Below, piece after piece: positions 39,271 through 51,371 of a stretch of DNA of 64,000 nucleotides. The DNA comes from Heterodontus francisci (taxonomy: Eukaryota). The notes below the pieces were generated by a model, which had not been told where the DNA came from, ran no database searches, and saw only the letters and a list, made by a program, of their open reading frames with translations. Position numbers and translations under genes: made by a program. The stretch's first letter is position 1, and each line of letters opens with the position of its first letter. The stretch covers positions 41,777,674-41,841,673 of the forward strand of contig NC_090401.1 in NCBI RefSeq assembly GCF_036365525.1. The letters run 5' to 3'.

Positions 39271-42073
39271 CTTCTTTGGCCTCCCTATCTCGAGAGACAA
39301 TGGATAAGCGCCTGGAGGTGGTCAGTGGTTTGTGAAGCAGCACCTGGAGTGGCTATAAAGGCCAATTCTAGAGTGACAGGCTCTTCCACAGGTGCTGCAG
39401 AAAAATTTGTTTGTCGGGGCTGTTATACAGTTGGCTCTCCCCTTGCGCCTGTCTTTTTTCCTGCCAACTGCTAAGTCTCTTCGACTTGCCACACTTTAGC
39501 CCAGCCTTTATGGCTGCCCGCCAGCTCTGGCAGACACTGGCAACTGACTCCCACGACTTGTGATCAATGTCACAGGACTTCATGTCGCGTTTGCAAACGT
39601 CTTTAAAACAGAGACATGGACGGCCGGTGGGTCTAATACCAGTGGCGAGCTTGCTGTACAATGTGTTTTTGGGGATCCTGCCATCTTCCATGCGGCTCAC
39701 ATGGCCAAGCCATCTCAAGCGCCGCTGACTCAGTAGTGTGTATAAGCTGGAGATGTTGGCCGCCTCGAGGACTTCTGCGTTGGAGATACAGTCCTGCCAC
39801 CTGATGCCAAGTATTCTCCGGAGGCAGCGAAGATGGAACGAATTGAGACGTCTCTCTTGGCTGACATACATTGTCCAGGCCTCGCTGCCATAGAGCAAGG
39901 TACTGAGGACACAGGCTTGATACACTCAGACTTTTGGGTTCCGTGTCAGTGCGACATTTTCCCACACTCTCTTGGCCAGTCTGGACAGAGCAGTGGAAGC
40001 CTTTCCCATGCGCTTGTTGATTTCTGCATCTAGAGACAGGTTACTGGCGATAGTTGAGCCTAGGTAGGTGAACTCTTGAACCACTTCCAAAGCGTGGTCG
40101 CCAATATTGATGGATGGAGCATTTCTGACACCCTGCCCCATGAGGCTCGTTTTCTTGAGGCTGATGGTTAGGCCAAATTCATTGCAGGCAGCCGCAAACC
40201 TGTCGATGAGACTCTGCAGGCACTCTTCAGTGAGAGATGTTAAAGCAGCATCGTCAGCAAAGAGGAGTTCCCTGATGAGGACTTCGCTCTTGGACGGGCA
40301 AGGTTGAACAACCTGCCCCCAGATCTTGTGTGGAGGAAAATTCCTTCTTCAGAAGACTTGAACGCATGTGAAAGCAGCAGGGAGAAGAAAACCCCAAAAA
40401 GTGTGGGTGAGAGAACACAGCCCTGTTTCATGCCACTCAGGATAGGAAACGGTTCTGATGAGGAGCCATGTTGAATTGTGCCTTTCATATGGTCATGGAA
40501 TGAGGTGATGATACTTAGTAGCTTTGGTGGGCATCCAATCTTTTCTAGTAGTCTGAAGAGACCACGTCTGCTGACGAGGTCAAAGGCTTTGGTGAGATCA
40601 ATGAAAGCAATTTAGAGGGGCATCTGTTGTTTACGGCATTTCTCCTGTATCTGATGAAGGGAGAACAGCATGTCAACGGTCGATCTCTCTGCACGAAAGC
40701 CACATTGTGCCTCAGGGTAGACGCGCTCGGCCAGCTTCTGGAGCCTGTTTAGAGCGACTCGAGCAAAGACTTTCACCACTATGCTGAGCAGGGAGATTCC
40801 ACGGTAGTTGTTGCAGTCACTCCGGTCACCTTTGTTTTTATAAGAGGGTGATGATATTGGCATTGCTCATGTCCTGGGGTACCGCTCCCTCATCCCAGCA
40901 CACGCATAGCAGTTCATGTAGTGCTGAGAGTATAGCAGGCTTGGCACTCGATTATTTCAGGGGTAATGCTGTCCTTCCCAGGGGCTTTTCCGCTGGCTAG
41001 AGAATCAATGGCATCACTGAGTTCCGATTTGGTTGGCTGTATGTCCAGCTCATCCATGACTGGTAGAGGCTGGGCTGCATTGAGGGCAGTCTCAGTGACA
41101 ACATTCTCCCTGGAGTACAGTTCTAGGTGGTGCTCAACCCAGCGGTCCATTTGTTTGCGTTGGTCAGTGATTGTGTCCCCGATTTAGATTTCAGGGGGGC
41201 GATCTTCTTGATGGTTGGCCCAAGAGCTCTCTTAATGCCATCATACATTTCTCTGATGTTTCCGGTGTCTGAGGCCAGCTGAATATGACTGCATAGGTGT
41301 TGCCAGTAGTCGTTTGCGCAGCGCCTGGCTGTTCTTTGTGCAGTGCTTCTGGCTGCTTTAAGCTGCGGATGTTAAATCGCTGGGGGCTTTCTTGTAGTTC
41401 AACAGTGCAACGCGCTTAGCGGCTATGACAGGTTCCAGCTCTTCATTATGAGATTGAAACCAGTCTGCATTTCTCGTCGCACTTTTGCCGTAGGTGGTCA
41501 AAGCTGACTCATAGATGGCGTCTCTGATGTGGGCCCACTTGGTCTCAGCATCCCTTGTGGGAGTGTTTTGAAGGGCTGTTACAAGTGAATTTAGAAATTT
41601 TTGTAACAGCTGTGGGTGAGAAATTCTGCTCGTGTTGATGCGCGGGTGGCCCTTCTGCTTGGAATGATGCAACTTCTTTGGTCTGAGTCTAACCTTGCTG
41701 CACACCAGGGAGTGGTCAGTGTCGCAGTCCGCACTGTGGAAGCTGCGTGTGATTTGAACACTGTTTAAGGCGGCTCGCCTTGTGACAATGAGGTCTAGCT
41801 GGTGCCAACAACGCGATCTTGGGTGCTTCCATGAAACCTGATGACAGGGTTTAGTGTGAAAGAACGAGTTGGTGATGCAGAGGTTATGATAGGTACACAA
41901 CTCAAGTAGTCTCTGCCCATTCTCATTCATCCTTCCAACGCCATAGCGCCCAAGGCAGGAGAGCCATGAGTCATGGTCAGCCCCAACCCTGGCATTAAAG
42001 TCCCCCAGCAGGAATAGGTGTTCGGTGTTGGGGATGCTGCTAATGATGTTATGGAGTTCCTCGTAGAACTTTA
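39271..42073 (-). mobile_element. RTE-clade LINE, ~2.8 kb: endonuclease C-terminal part, RT and C-terminal zinc finger; frameshifted
   Basis: LFLLGDFNARVG, ADCDTDHSLV, NYRGISLLS, QCGFRAERSTVD, KQGCVLSPTLF and EFTYLGS motifs. Flanked by a 39-bp direct repeat. Confidence 0.95.
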
Positions 42074-42960
42074 TAAATAAGGCATATAGTACAAAAACAA
42101 GGAAGTTATGATAAACCTGAATAAAACACTGGTTCAGCCTCAACTGGAATGTTGTGTCCAGTTCTGGGCACCACCCTTTCAGAAGGGTGTAAAGCCATTA
42201 GAGGGGGTGCAGACAAGGATGGTTCCAGGGATGAGGAACTTCAGTTGCATGAATAGGTTGGAGAAGCTAGGTCTGTTCTCCTTGGAGAAGATTAAGGGGA
42301 AATTTGATGAGGTATTCAAAAGCATGAGGGATCTAGACAGAGTAGATGGGAGAAACTGTTCCCATTGGCTGAAGGATCCAGAATCAGAGGACACCAATTT
42401 ATTTTTTTATTTATTTATTTAGAGATACAGCACTGAAACAGGCCCTTCGGCCCACTGAGTCTGTGCCGACCAAGAACCACCCATTTATATGAACCCTACA
42501 GTAATCCCATATTCCCTACCACCTACCTACACTAGGGGCAATTTACAATGGCCAATTTACCTATCACCTGCAAGTCTTTGGCAGTGGAAGGAAACCAGAG
42601 CACCCGGCAAAAACCCACGCAGTCACAGGGAGAACTTGCAAACTCCGCACAGGTAGTACCTAGAATTGAACCTGGGTCACTGGAGCTGTGAGGCTACGGT
42701 GCTAACCACTGCGCCACCCTAATGGTGACTGACAGAGAAGCAACAGCAATATGAGGAAATACCCTTTCTTTGTTTAAAATACAGCTCTTGGTTAGGATCT
42801 GGAATGCACAGCCTGAGTGTGTGGTGGAGTCAAATTCAACTGAGGCCTTCAAAAGAGAACTTGATAATTATCTGAAGAGAAAAAACTTGTAGGGGAGTGG
42901 GACTAGGTGAGTGGCTCTTGCAGAGAGCCAGCACAGACACAATGGGCTGAATGGTTACAG
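42074..42960 (+). mobile_element. CR1 LINE 3' fragment (continues from 39140-39270, split by the RTE and a SINE)
   Basis: KTLVQPQLECCVQFWAP..RLEKLGLFSLE and 3' UTR. Confidence 0.85.
42397..42718 (-). mobile_element. HE1-like V-SINE
   Basis: Reverse-complement copy of 32499-32826 with a (taaa)n tail. Confidence 0.85.
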
Positions 42961-43977
42961 CACAAAAGGAAGCCATTCTAAATTGCATAGATCAGGCCTG
43001 TATGCCCTTAAGTGGTAATCTAATTTAAGTGTTTAAGATGATTAAAGAAATTGATGGGTAGATAGGGAAACAATTTCCTGATGGGAGCGTCCAGAGCAAG
43101 GATACATAACTTAAAATAGTGTTAGGACATTCAGTGGTGTCAAAATTACTTATTCATACAGAAGTTAATGGCAATTTTCAACTTTCACCCCCCAAAAGCA
43201 GTTGAGACTGGAGGTCAGTTGAAAATTTCAAAACTGAGACACGATTGTTAAGCAAGGGTATTAAGAGTTGCAGAACCCAGGCAGGTAAGATGGAGTTGAG
43301 GTACAGATCAACTCGAGGGGCTGAATGGCCTATATCCATGAATTCTGTGTAAACGATTTAAAATTCACTTTACACCCAGTGCAATTAAACAGGCGGCGCC
43401 AGGGGAAAATAGCAGATCTGCTGGAAGAAATGCAATTTACCTCACTCACGAGAAGGCTGCATAATATTGATATTGCTCCGTGGAGAGCCGGCATCGACTT
43501 GGTGGGTCGAAAGGCCGCCCTCTCTGCCAGAAATTACTATTTATTCTAACCAATCTGGGTTATTTTGCCATCTTATTACGTCCTTATCGTGCACAAGAAA
43601 ACCTTCACGCAGCAAACAAAAGACCGATCTAATTTCAATTCCTCCCGCTATGGCGGCGAATGCGCCAGCACCTCCTACCGCCGCTCCGAGCCCGGCTGAA
43701 GCGAAGCAAATTCGCTGCTGTACCGGAGGCGGGGGAAGCGGGAATTCGGGCGAGAAATTACGTGCCTGCCTCTGGGTGACCTCAATCTAAGTTAGGCCCC
43801 TCCCGCTCCCCATTCCAGCCAGTAGGAAATCCCCGAGGCGCGGCGTGCGGCCTACAGCTGGCGGTTTGATGACGAGAAGCTGCGCAAGGGCTCGCAACAA
43901 ACCGCTCCGGGATTAACAGCGACAGCGGCCGGGAGATTCCGCGCCGAGGACAACCCCAAACACATTTATTTACTCAC

Positions 43978-44080
43978 CGGCCGACCCGGATAGCAGCTAT
44001 ACCGTGGATAACAACCACAACTCGCAACCCCCGACGCCGCAGCAACCACTTCAGGGCGCTCGTCCTCGCTCGGAGGGTGG
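43978..44080 (-). other. ZNF706: Probable non-coding exon 1 of ZNF706
   Basis: Consensus donor CCG|GTGAGTA at 43978/43977 inside a CpG island (~43380-44200), upstream of and on the same strand as the coding exons. The transcription start is approximate. Confidence 0.65.
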
Positions 44081-44084
44081 CTGA

Positions 44085-44150
44085 GTGTTGCGTCAGTGAT
44101 GACGTAAGTACGCATGGGGGCGGAGTCACGGAGGGGAGAATCACGTGGTT
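44085..44150. promoter_or_regulatory. ZNF706 proximal promoter motifs
   Basis: TGCGTCA 44089-44095, TGACGTAA 44100-44107 (CRE/ATF-like), GGGGCGGAG 44117-44125 (Sp1) and TCACGTGG 44141-44148 (E-box). Confidence 0.65.
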
Positions 44151-44327
44151 TTTGAGCGTCACTGCAAAAGATTGAAAAGATACTTTGGTTCGCAGCAAAG
44201 GTGTTCCATTGTTTGTCGTTGTACCCCAGTGTCTGCCCCCCCCCCCCAAGAAAATTGCTGATTGAGATTTAAGCCTGCAAAGAATTAAACAGCTTGTTTA
44301 AACAAATGGAGCTATTCATCTTAAAGA

Positions 44328-44612
44328 AACTCTGCACTCTCTTTGCCTTTGCTCCAATGATCTCGTTGTCAGTTAATCTCTCAGGCCCTCTGTCCTATCA
44401 CACACTTTCCCTTTTGTTCTCTCTCTTTTTCTCCCCCCACCGTTTACTTGCTTAAAACCTATTACATTTCTAACCTTTGCGAGTTCTGATGAAAGGTCAC
44501 AGACCTGAAACGTTAATTCTGCTTCTCTCTTCCACAGATGCTGCCAGACCTGCTATTTCCAGCACTTCGTTTTTATTTCAGATTTCCAGCATCTGCAGTA
44601 TTTTGCTTTTAT
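44328..44612 (+). mobile_element. Penelope-like element terminal fragment
   Basis: gaaacgttaa..ctgcttctct..cacagatgctgccagacctgct...tccagca motif repeated at 45810, 46230 (minus) and 49000; contains a hammerhead motif. Confidence 0.7.
44481..44519 (+). ncRNA. Minimal type I hammerhead ribozyme motif
   Basis: gagtt-CTGATGA-a-aggtc(aca)gacct-GAAA-cgtt-aattc: conserved core, stem II hairpin and stem I gagtt/aattc. Confidence 0.65.
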
Positions 44613-44679
44613 TCATCTTAAATATGATGTATATGGAAATAGGCTATGTTTTTAAACCAATAGAAATGCCACTCCTTGC

Positions 44680-44944
44680 AGAGTAAACAGATATCTGGGT
44701 CACCAAGGCCCTCCTGCCATCGTATACCGAGGGCTGGAACCCAGGTAAAACTCCTGGGGCGGTCGGTATGCACCAGAGAATGACCTGAAATGTAAATGTA
44801 CATTTTAAATATAATCTGTAATGGCAAGTGTAATGAGGCACTTCATGTACTGTATTGAAAGAAACTGTATGTAATTTCAAATTTGATCTGTTACCTAATG
44901 TATTTTTACAAATGTTATGAATAAAGTATATTTTTGGGAAAAAA
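44680..44944 (+). mobile_element. Probable 3' end of an L1/Tx1-like LINE
   Basis: TG/AT-rich 3' UTR ending aataaagtatatttttggg followed by an A-run. Confidence 0.4.
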
Positions 44945-45765
44945 TGCTTGCATTGCCACTTTAACAGTGTTTTGCCCAACACACTGTTATTGACAAAATA
45001 AACATATTTAAATAGCACCTTTAGCTTCAAAAATATTACAGAGAAGGAAGAAAACATGCGATAAAACAGATGAAAGGAATGGATGCTTAGCCATCGGAAG
45101 AGTTGATGGAAATGGCCAAAAGTCAGTTGAAAAAGGAGTTTATAAGAACGTGTTTAAAGGAGAGAGAAATAGGAAGTTCTGAACAATGAGACTGAGATGT
45201 CTAAGGCTGTGTCGACAATGGTGGAGAGAAAGGAGGAACATGTGTTATCCAGATATATGATTCAACCACAGTCAACTGGTGGCAGAGTGGTGGATATTGA
45301 GCCCAGTGGTAGGATCAAGTTCTATCTAAGATGGTGTTTGTTGCAGCTGCATCCATCCACGCAAGCAGCGAGTATTCCATCACGCTCCTGATTTGTGCCT
45401 ATAGATTGTGGAGAAATTTTAATGGATCAGAACATAAGCCACACCTATCAGTGTACCCAGCTTCTCCCTTCTTCTTGTAGCATTGATATGACTGATACAA
45501 TTAAGCATAGAAAATAGGAGCAGGAGTAGGCCGTTTGGCCCTTTGAGCCTGCTCCGTTTCTAGTCAAGAGCGATTTCCAAATTGTTAATGGCATTGAGGT
45601 TGTGGAGGTGATTGAGCTTTTTCTTGTTGAAATGGTCATTGTCTAACACTTAAATGTTATCTGCCACCTGTCAATCCAAGCCTGTATATTGTTCAGGTCC
45701 TTCTTTAGGCTGGCAATATTTCTTTCAACATCAAATTAAACTGTACCCTTGAATCATCAGTGAAC

Positions 45766-45910
45766 AACCACCTCACTTGTTTATAATCTGTGACTTTTCT
45801 AATATTTGTCAGTTCCGAAGAAGGGTCACTGACCCGAAACGTTAACTCTGCTTCTCTTTCCACAGATGCTGCCAGACCTGCTGAATGACTCCAGCATTTT
45901 TTGTTTTTGT
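45766..45910 (+). mobile_element. Penelope-like terminal fragment with a mutated hammerhead core (CCGAAGA)
   Basis: cagtt-CCGAAGA-a-gggtc(act)gaccc-GAAA-cgtt-aact. Confidence 0.65.
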
Positions 45911-46228
45911 ACCAGAGTGAAGGTGATTGATGAAGCAGCTGAGAATACTCTTCCATCCTCATCATCTACAAGTACAAGGGGGGCATGGACTTCTTTGTCA
46001 CTAAAATTGACACCATCTGTCCAGCTTCCTCTGGTGCTTACCCCCTTCAATTTGTCCAATTTAAAAAACTCGTCCTAGACGTCCCCACCCATGTCCTTCT
46101 CTAGTTCTTTCCTATCTCCCTTCGCTGGGATCATCTTGTCCAGGAGACTCATTTTATTTGCTCTTTCTGCAGTCAGTCACATTATCCTCCTCCAACACTT
46201 TGCTATTGTCCAGCTCAGTGAGACTGAA

Positions 46229-46324
46229 ATAAAAACAAGAAATGCTGGAAATACTCAGCAGGTCAGGCAGCATCTGTGGAGAGAGAAGCAGAGTTAATCT
46301 TTCAGGTCAGTGACCCTTCTTCAG
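46229..46324 (-). mobile_element. Penelope-like terminal fragment with a 14-bp flanking direct repeat
   Basis: Reverse complement of the same motif; tcagtgagactgaa at 46215-46228 and 46321-46334. Confidence 0.7.
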
Positions 46325-47244
46325 TGAGACTGAACTTGCTTGATTCCACTTTCTCATGCAATTATAGCCAGAACGTCTCCAGAATTGCTTCTCTTCCTGC
46401 CTCCACACTGTTACTTCCAGTGGCCCCCATGAATCCATCATTGCCCCCTCCTCATGGTCTACATGTTGCCCCTTGGTGACATCATCTGCGGATATGGGGT
46501 CAGCTCTACCTTTCCACCACCTCTCTCCCTCGGGTGCGTCTATTGTTTCACTGCTTGTCCGACATCCATCCTTGGATAGACCACAGTTTCCAGTTAAACA
46601 TTGGGAAGACTGAAGCCATTGTCTTTGACTCCCATCATAAAATTACTGCCCTTGCCAACAATTCCATCTCCTTCCACAGTCACATTTCAGACTGAACTAG
46701 ACTTTTCACAATCTCAGTATCCTATTCAACCCTGAGGTCAGCCTCCAAACCCTATACTGACATAATTCTGGCCATATTTCACAAATAAATAAGTGAACGT
46801 GCAGCTTTTAAATAATATAGAAGAGAACAGATCAAAACCAACATATTTGTAAACCATTTCAAACCATCCATTATTCCACGTGCAACATAATTTTGCCCAT
46901 ATTTAGAATTTATAGTTATGAATAAAATATGCTATCATTCCGGTTCATGTTGTAAAGCAATACTCAACTTCTTTATTGCATACTTTGCTTATGTTACTGC
47001 ATGAAGGCATATTTTCTGCTCTATGCTATGCATTACTCTGTGCAAATGGCTGTATGTGTGTTGCTGTGTGTAACTGCATGCTGTTCTCTGCATAAAGCTC
47101 AACATGGCACTGCTAATCTATGCATAGATAGATCAATAATTTTTGTTTGATAATTTTAATACCACTACAAATGGTTAGAAATTCTGTACAATTAAACAAA
47201 TGAACAGAAATATTGGCATTATGTGAGATGAGAGTGACTGCCCT

Positions 47245-48382
47245 TGACATCAAGGCAGCATTTGACCGAGTATGGCATCAAGGAGCCCTTGCAAAGCTGG
47301 AGTCAATGGGAATCAGGTGAAAACACTCCACTGTTGGAGTCATACCGAGCGCAAAGGAAGATGGCTGTTGAAGGTCAAACATAGGACATCATTGTCCAGG
47401 ACATTACTGCAGGAGTTCCTCAGGGTAGTGTCCTAGGCCCAACCATCTTCAGCTGCTTCATCAATGACCTTCCTTCAATCATGTCAGAAATGGGGATGTT
47501 CGCTGATGATTGAATAATGTTCAGCGCCATTCGCGACACAGATACTGAAGCAGTCCATGTAGAAATGCAGCAAGACCCGGATAATATCCAGGCTTGGGTT
47601 GATAAGTGGCAAGTAACATTTGCACCACACAAGTGCCAGGCAATAATCATCTCAAACAAGAGAGAATCTAACCATTTCCCCTTGACATTTAATGGCATTA
47701 CAATCACTGAAACCCCCACTATCAACATCCTGGGGGTTACCATTGACCAGAAACTGAACTGGAGTAGCTATATAAATACCGTGGCTACAAGAGCAGGTCA
47801 GAGGCTAGGAATCCTGTGGTGAGTAACTCACCTCGTGACTCCCCAAGGCCTGTCCACTATCTACAAGGCACAAGTCAGGAGTGTAATAGAATACCAAATG
47901 GGTGCAGCTCCAACAACACTCAAGAAGCTTGACACCATCCAGGACAAAGCAGCTCGCTTGTTTGGCACCACATCAACAAACATTCACTCCTTTCACCACC
48001 AACTCACAGTGGCAGCAGTGTGTACCATCTACAAGATGCACTGCAGCAATGCACCAAGGCTCCTTAGACAGCATCTTCCAAATCCACAACCTCTACCACC
48101 AGAAGGACAAGGGCAGCAGTTGTATGGGAACACCACCAGCTGCAAGTTCCCCTCCAAGTCACACAATCATCCTGACTTGGAACTATATCGCCGTTCCTTC
48201 ACTGTCACTGGGTCAAAATCCTGGAACTCCCTTCCTAACAGCACTGTGGGTGTACCTACCCTACATGGACAGCAACAGTTCAAAAAGGCAGCTCACCACC
48301 ACCTTCTCAAGGGCATTAGGGATGGGCAATAAATGCTGTCCTAGCCAGTGATGCCCACATCCCATGAATTAATTAAAAAAAA
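47245..48382 (+). mobile_element. CR1-group LINE (second family), RT to 3' end
   Basis: gacatcaaggcagcatttgac (DIKAAFD), GVPQGSVLGP, FADD, WVDKWQVTFAPHKC and WNSLPNS; A-rich tail. Confidence 0.9.
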
Positions 48383-48987
48383 TGTACTTCCTTGTTTATT
48401 GCATTACTTGAAACAGTACAAATATTTGGAACCACAATAAATTTTGATGGTTCACAGATTAATTAAAGCTTATTAGTACTTAATTGGATAAAGTACATAA
48501 CTTGAATGAAATTTCCTATAAAGATACAGTCTTCAGCAATTTTAAAATACTAAATCATCATATATTTCTGTGGCAAAATACTGCATCCCTTTGAATTGTC
48601 TTCTCCTCTGTTTTACTTTTCTCCCATTATGCTATTGGTTCAGGATATTTTATCAGCATGAGTTACATTCTGTTCTGAAGAAAATTTAAGGAGGTTGGGA
48701 TTAGTTTCTCTGGAAGATATTAGATTTTGAGGTGATTTGATGGACGGTTTCAAGACTACTCGTGGATCAATGGAACAGTGATCAAAATTCTATTCCATGT
48801 TAGCTAGTTTTTGGGATTTAACACTGCTAAATAACCTTAGTGAACATAATCTTTTCATTGGCGTTAGGGGCTAGGAGTATATTGTCAAGCAGTTCTTTTA
48901 ATCTAAGCTGAGCGAATATTCATCTGAATAACAATGAACTCTATCTGTGCATGTACCCATGACTGGTCAAACAGAACTATTCAGAGA

Positions 48988-49100
48988 TGACAGAGGAACA
49001 GTTCTGATGAAGGGTCACTGACCCGAAACGTTAACTCTGCTTCTCTTTTCACAGATGCTGCCAGACCTGCTGAGTGATTCCAGCATTTCTTGTTTTTATT
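48988..49100 (+). mobile_element. Penelope-like terminal fragment
   Basis: Same repeat family; flanked by tattcagaga at 48978-48987 and 49097-49106. Confidence 0.7.
49000..49036 (+). ncRNA. Minimal type I hammerhead ribozyme motif
   Basis: agtt-CTGATGA(49004-49010)-a-gggtc(act)gaccc-GAAA(49025-49028)-cgtt-aact. Confidence 0.7.
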
Positions 49101-51159
49101 CAGAGACTCAGTCTATTTAAGTATCAGAGCATAAAGAAGCTTTTCAGAGTACATTACATCCAAGTCTGAATGGTATCTGCCTATTTTATTATGTCCTTAG
49201 TGAGAGTGGTACCACAATGCTCAGTGATTGGTGCATGGTAGCTCATTTTTAATTTTAAGAACTGCTCATTGCATATCTGATTGGTGGTAGCAACAATCTG
49301 TAAATGAAGACAGATCATAAGCCACTCACAATGCTTTTGAGATGTGTCCCTTAATGAATTAATCTCGCCTTAGATGCAAAGGACTCAACAGAGCCCAACA
49401 GATATTGTTATCTGAACTAACACATTAACTTCAGCCAGAACAAATGGGTCCAACTATTAAAAGCTACTCAGCCCATTGACTGTTACTGAAATTTCACAGA
49501 GCTTCACTGCTACCAGGTTTGTATATTTTTGGATAAATACTGTTGCCAGCCCCAGTAGTTATCTCATATTTACCACAAAATGGAAGAGAATGGACATCAA
49601 TTTTGGAGGAAGGAGGCCTGAGTGAGGACCAAACCAGTAACAGAGAGGAAAATTATAGTATGTAAATTGATGGCTCATTGTGTTATTGATGGCAAGTTCA
49701 AGGATAAATTGTTGTAACATGAGAGGAGCATTCTATCATAATCTATTATTCTTCTGCCAAAGTGGCATTGTGTTTAATTTGGTATATCAAATTAAGTTTC
49801 TATCCGTTGTCTCTAGATTGGCAGCTAATTGTAAATCCCTGGTTTCTACCTTTGGGAAAAAGCCAGTTTAGGAAAACATGCAGAAAATAACTAGATTGCT
49901 CACTTTTGTTTTTATATCTTTTTAAGATGCTTCTTGTTCATTGTTACTCTATTGGTTCTTTCATATTTATAATATTTTATGAATGTGGTAAGTGAGATGA
50001 TCACTGGCATGCACAAGCAGAGCAAGAGACAGTGAAATTCCTCAACCAATCAGTTTGAAGAATCCTCACTGAGGCACGCGTAGTCTAAACCAAGAAATAT
50101 TAACCACAAGTTATAAATTAGATTCAAATCAAGTACAGAAAGTGAAATAAAGATTGGGAAAGAAAGATGGGATTAAAAGGGAGAGCTGAAAGAAAGAAAA
50201 AGTAAGAAATTTATTGTGTTTTAGATTTTAGACAGTAATTAAATTCTGAAGGAATGTGACTCCACACTTGTAAAATTCAATTTTCAGGGCCAGAGAGGTT
50301 GTTTGGCAACAATTATGACTAACCACGCCATTAAAAATTCACTTACTCCTGACTGCACCAGCCCTAACTTTTCCTAAGTAGTGGATAAGTACAGAAACTT
50401 CATGCCCTTGCATTGATTTCAATGCTGATTCTATCAGCAAGGTACCGTAAAACTGCAGCCTGTGGAGGTACAGTGCAACTTGGACTGCAATTTCCAGATT
50501 TGTGTGTTTGCACATGTATGCACTCTGTAAGTTGTGGTCTGATTAGTTCCATAATATCAGTGAGTACTGTTAGCCTCACCATTATTTTCAGTGCAAAATC
50601 CAAGTCAATATATTACTACTCAACCTCCCATGTGTTAATAGATAAGGAATCACAGCAAAATGTGATATAAATAAAGCAAGGTTGGGGAACAGGGAATAAT
50701 TAGAGCAGGGTGTGCAGACGTAATTGAGGCGCAATTTTAGTATTCCCATATATTTACATTTAGAAAATTATCAATGTAAACTTGTCACAGCGCAATAACA
50801 CCCTCCCGCCTATGGTGGTGCTGCAGTGCTTCCACGGGAAGGTGCAACTACAGCACAACTGGCTGACATAAGCAGTTGCCATTAAAAAGTAGGGGCACTG
50901 AAATTTCTAATTGCAGCAAATGCATGCGGATTTTTAATATATTAATAGCTATGTAAAATAGGTCATATTTAATCCAAAGTGAGTGAGCCTCACTCCGCGG
51001 GTGAGACTTGCCACTTCTATAAGCGGCTGTCAACACTCCAGCTGTGAGGATTTTTGCAAAAAAAAATCAAATCCCCAAACGCCAATATTTGTAAGCACTT
51101 TTTTTTTTACTGTACTCTCTATAATCCTGTACTCTAGCTGCACTAAAGCAATAGCAACA

Positions 51160-51371
51160 TGCTGCAGGCTGCCCCGCGCCACATTCAGTTCCGGTGGGTT
51201 TGTGCGCGCGGGGAGGGGGAGGGGAGGAGAGGGGAGGGAGGTGAGAGGTCAGAGGTGAGAGCTCCTCACAATCTGTCATGGCGAATGATGGAGCAGAGAC
51301 TTTGGCTTTCATGTAACTCGGAGCGCTGGCTGTAACCAAAGGATCACCGAGCTCCAGCCGCCAGGACACCG
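51160..51371 (+). other. Probable non-coding first exon of an unidentified plus-strand gene
   Basis: Local CpG island (~50980-51700) and consensus donor CCG|GTGAGT at 51371/51372. All ATG frames read here close before the donor. Confidence 0.5.

Noticed and set aside
41358-42143. 261-aa ORF as a novel nuclease
   Set aside because: It is the RTE endonuclease remnant joined to antisense CR1 sequence through the target duplication.
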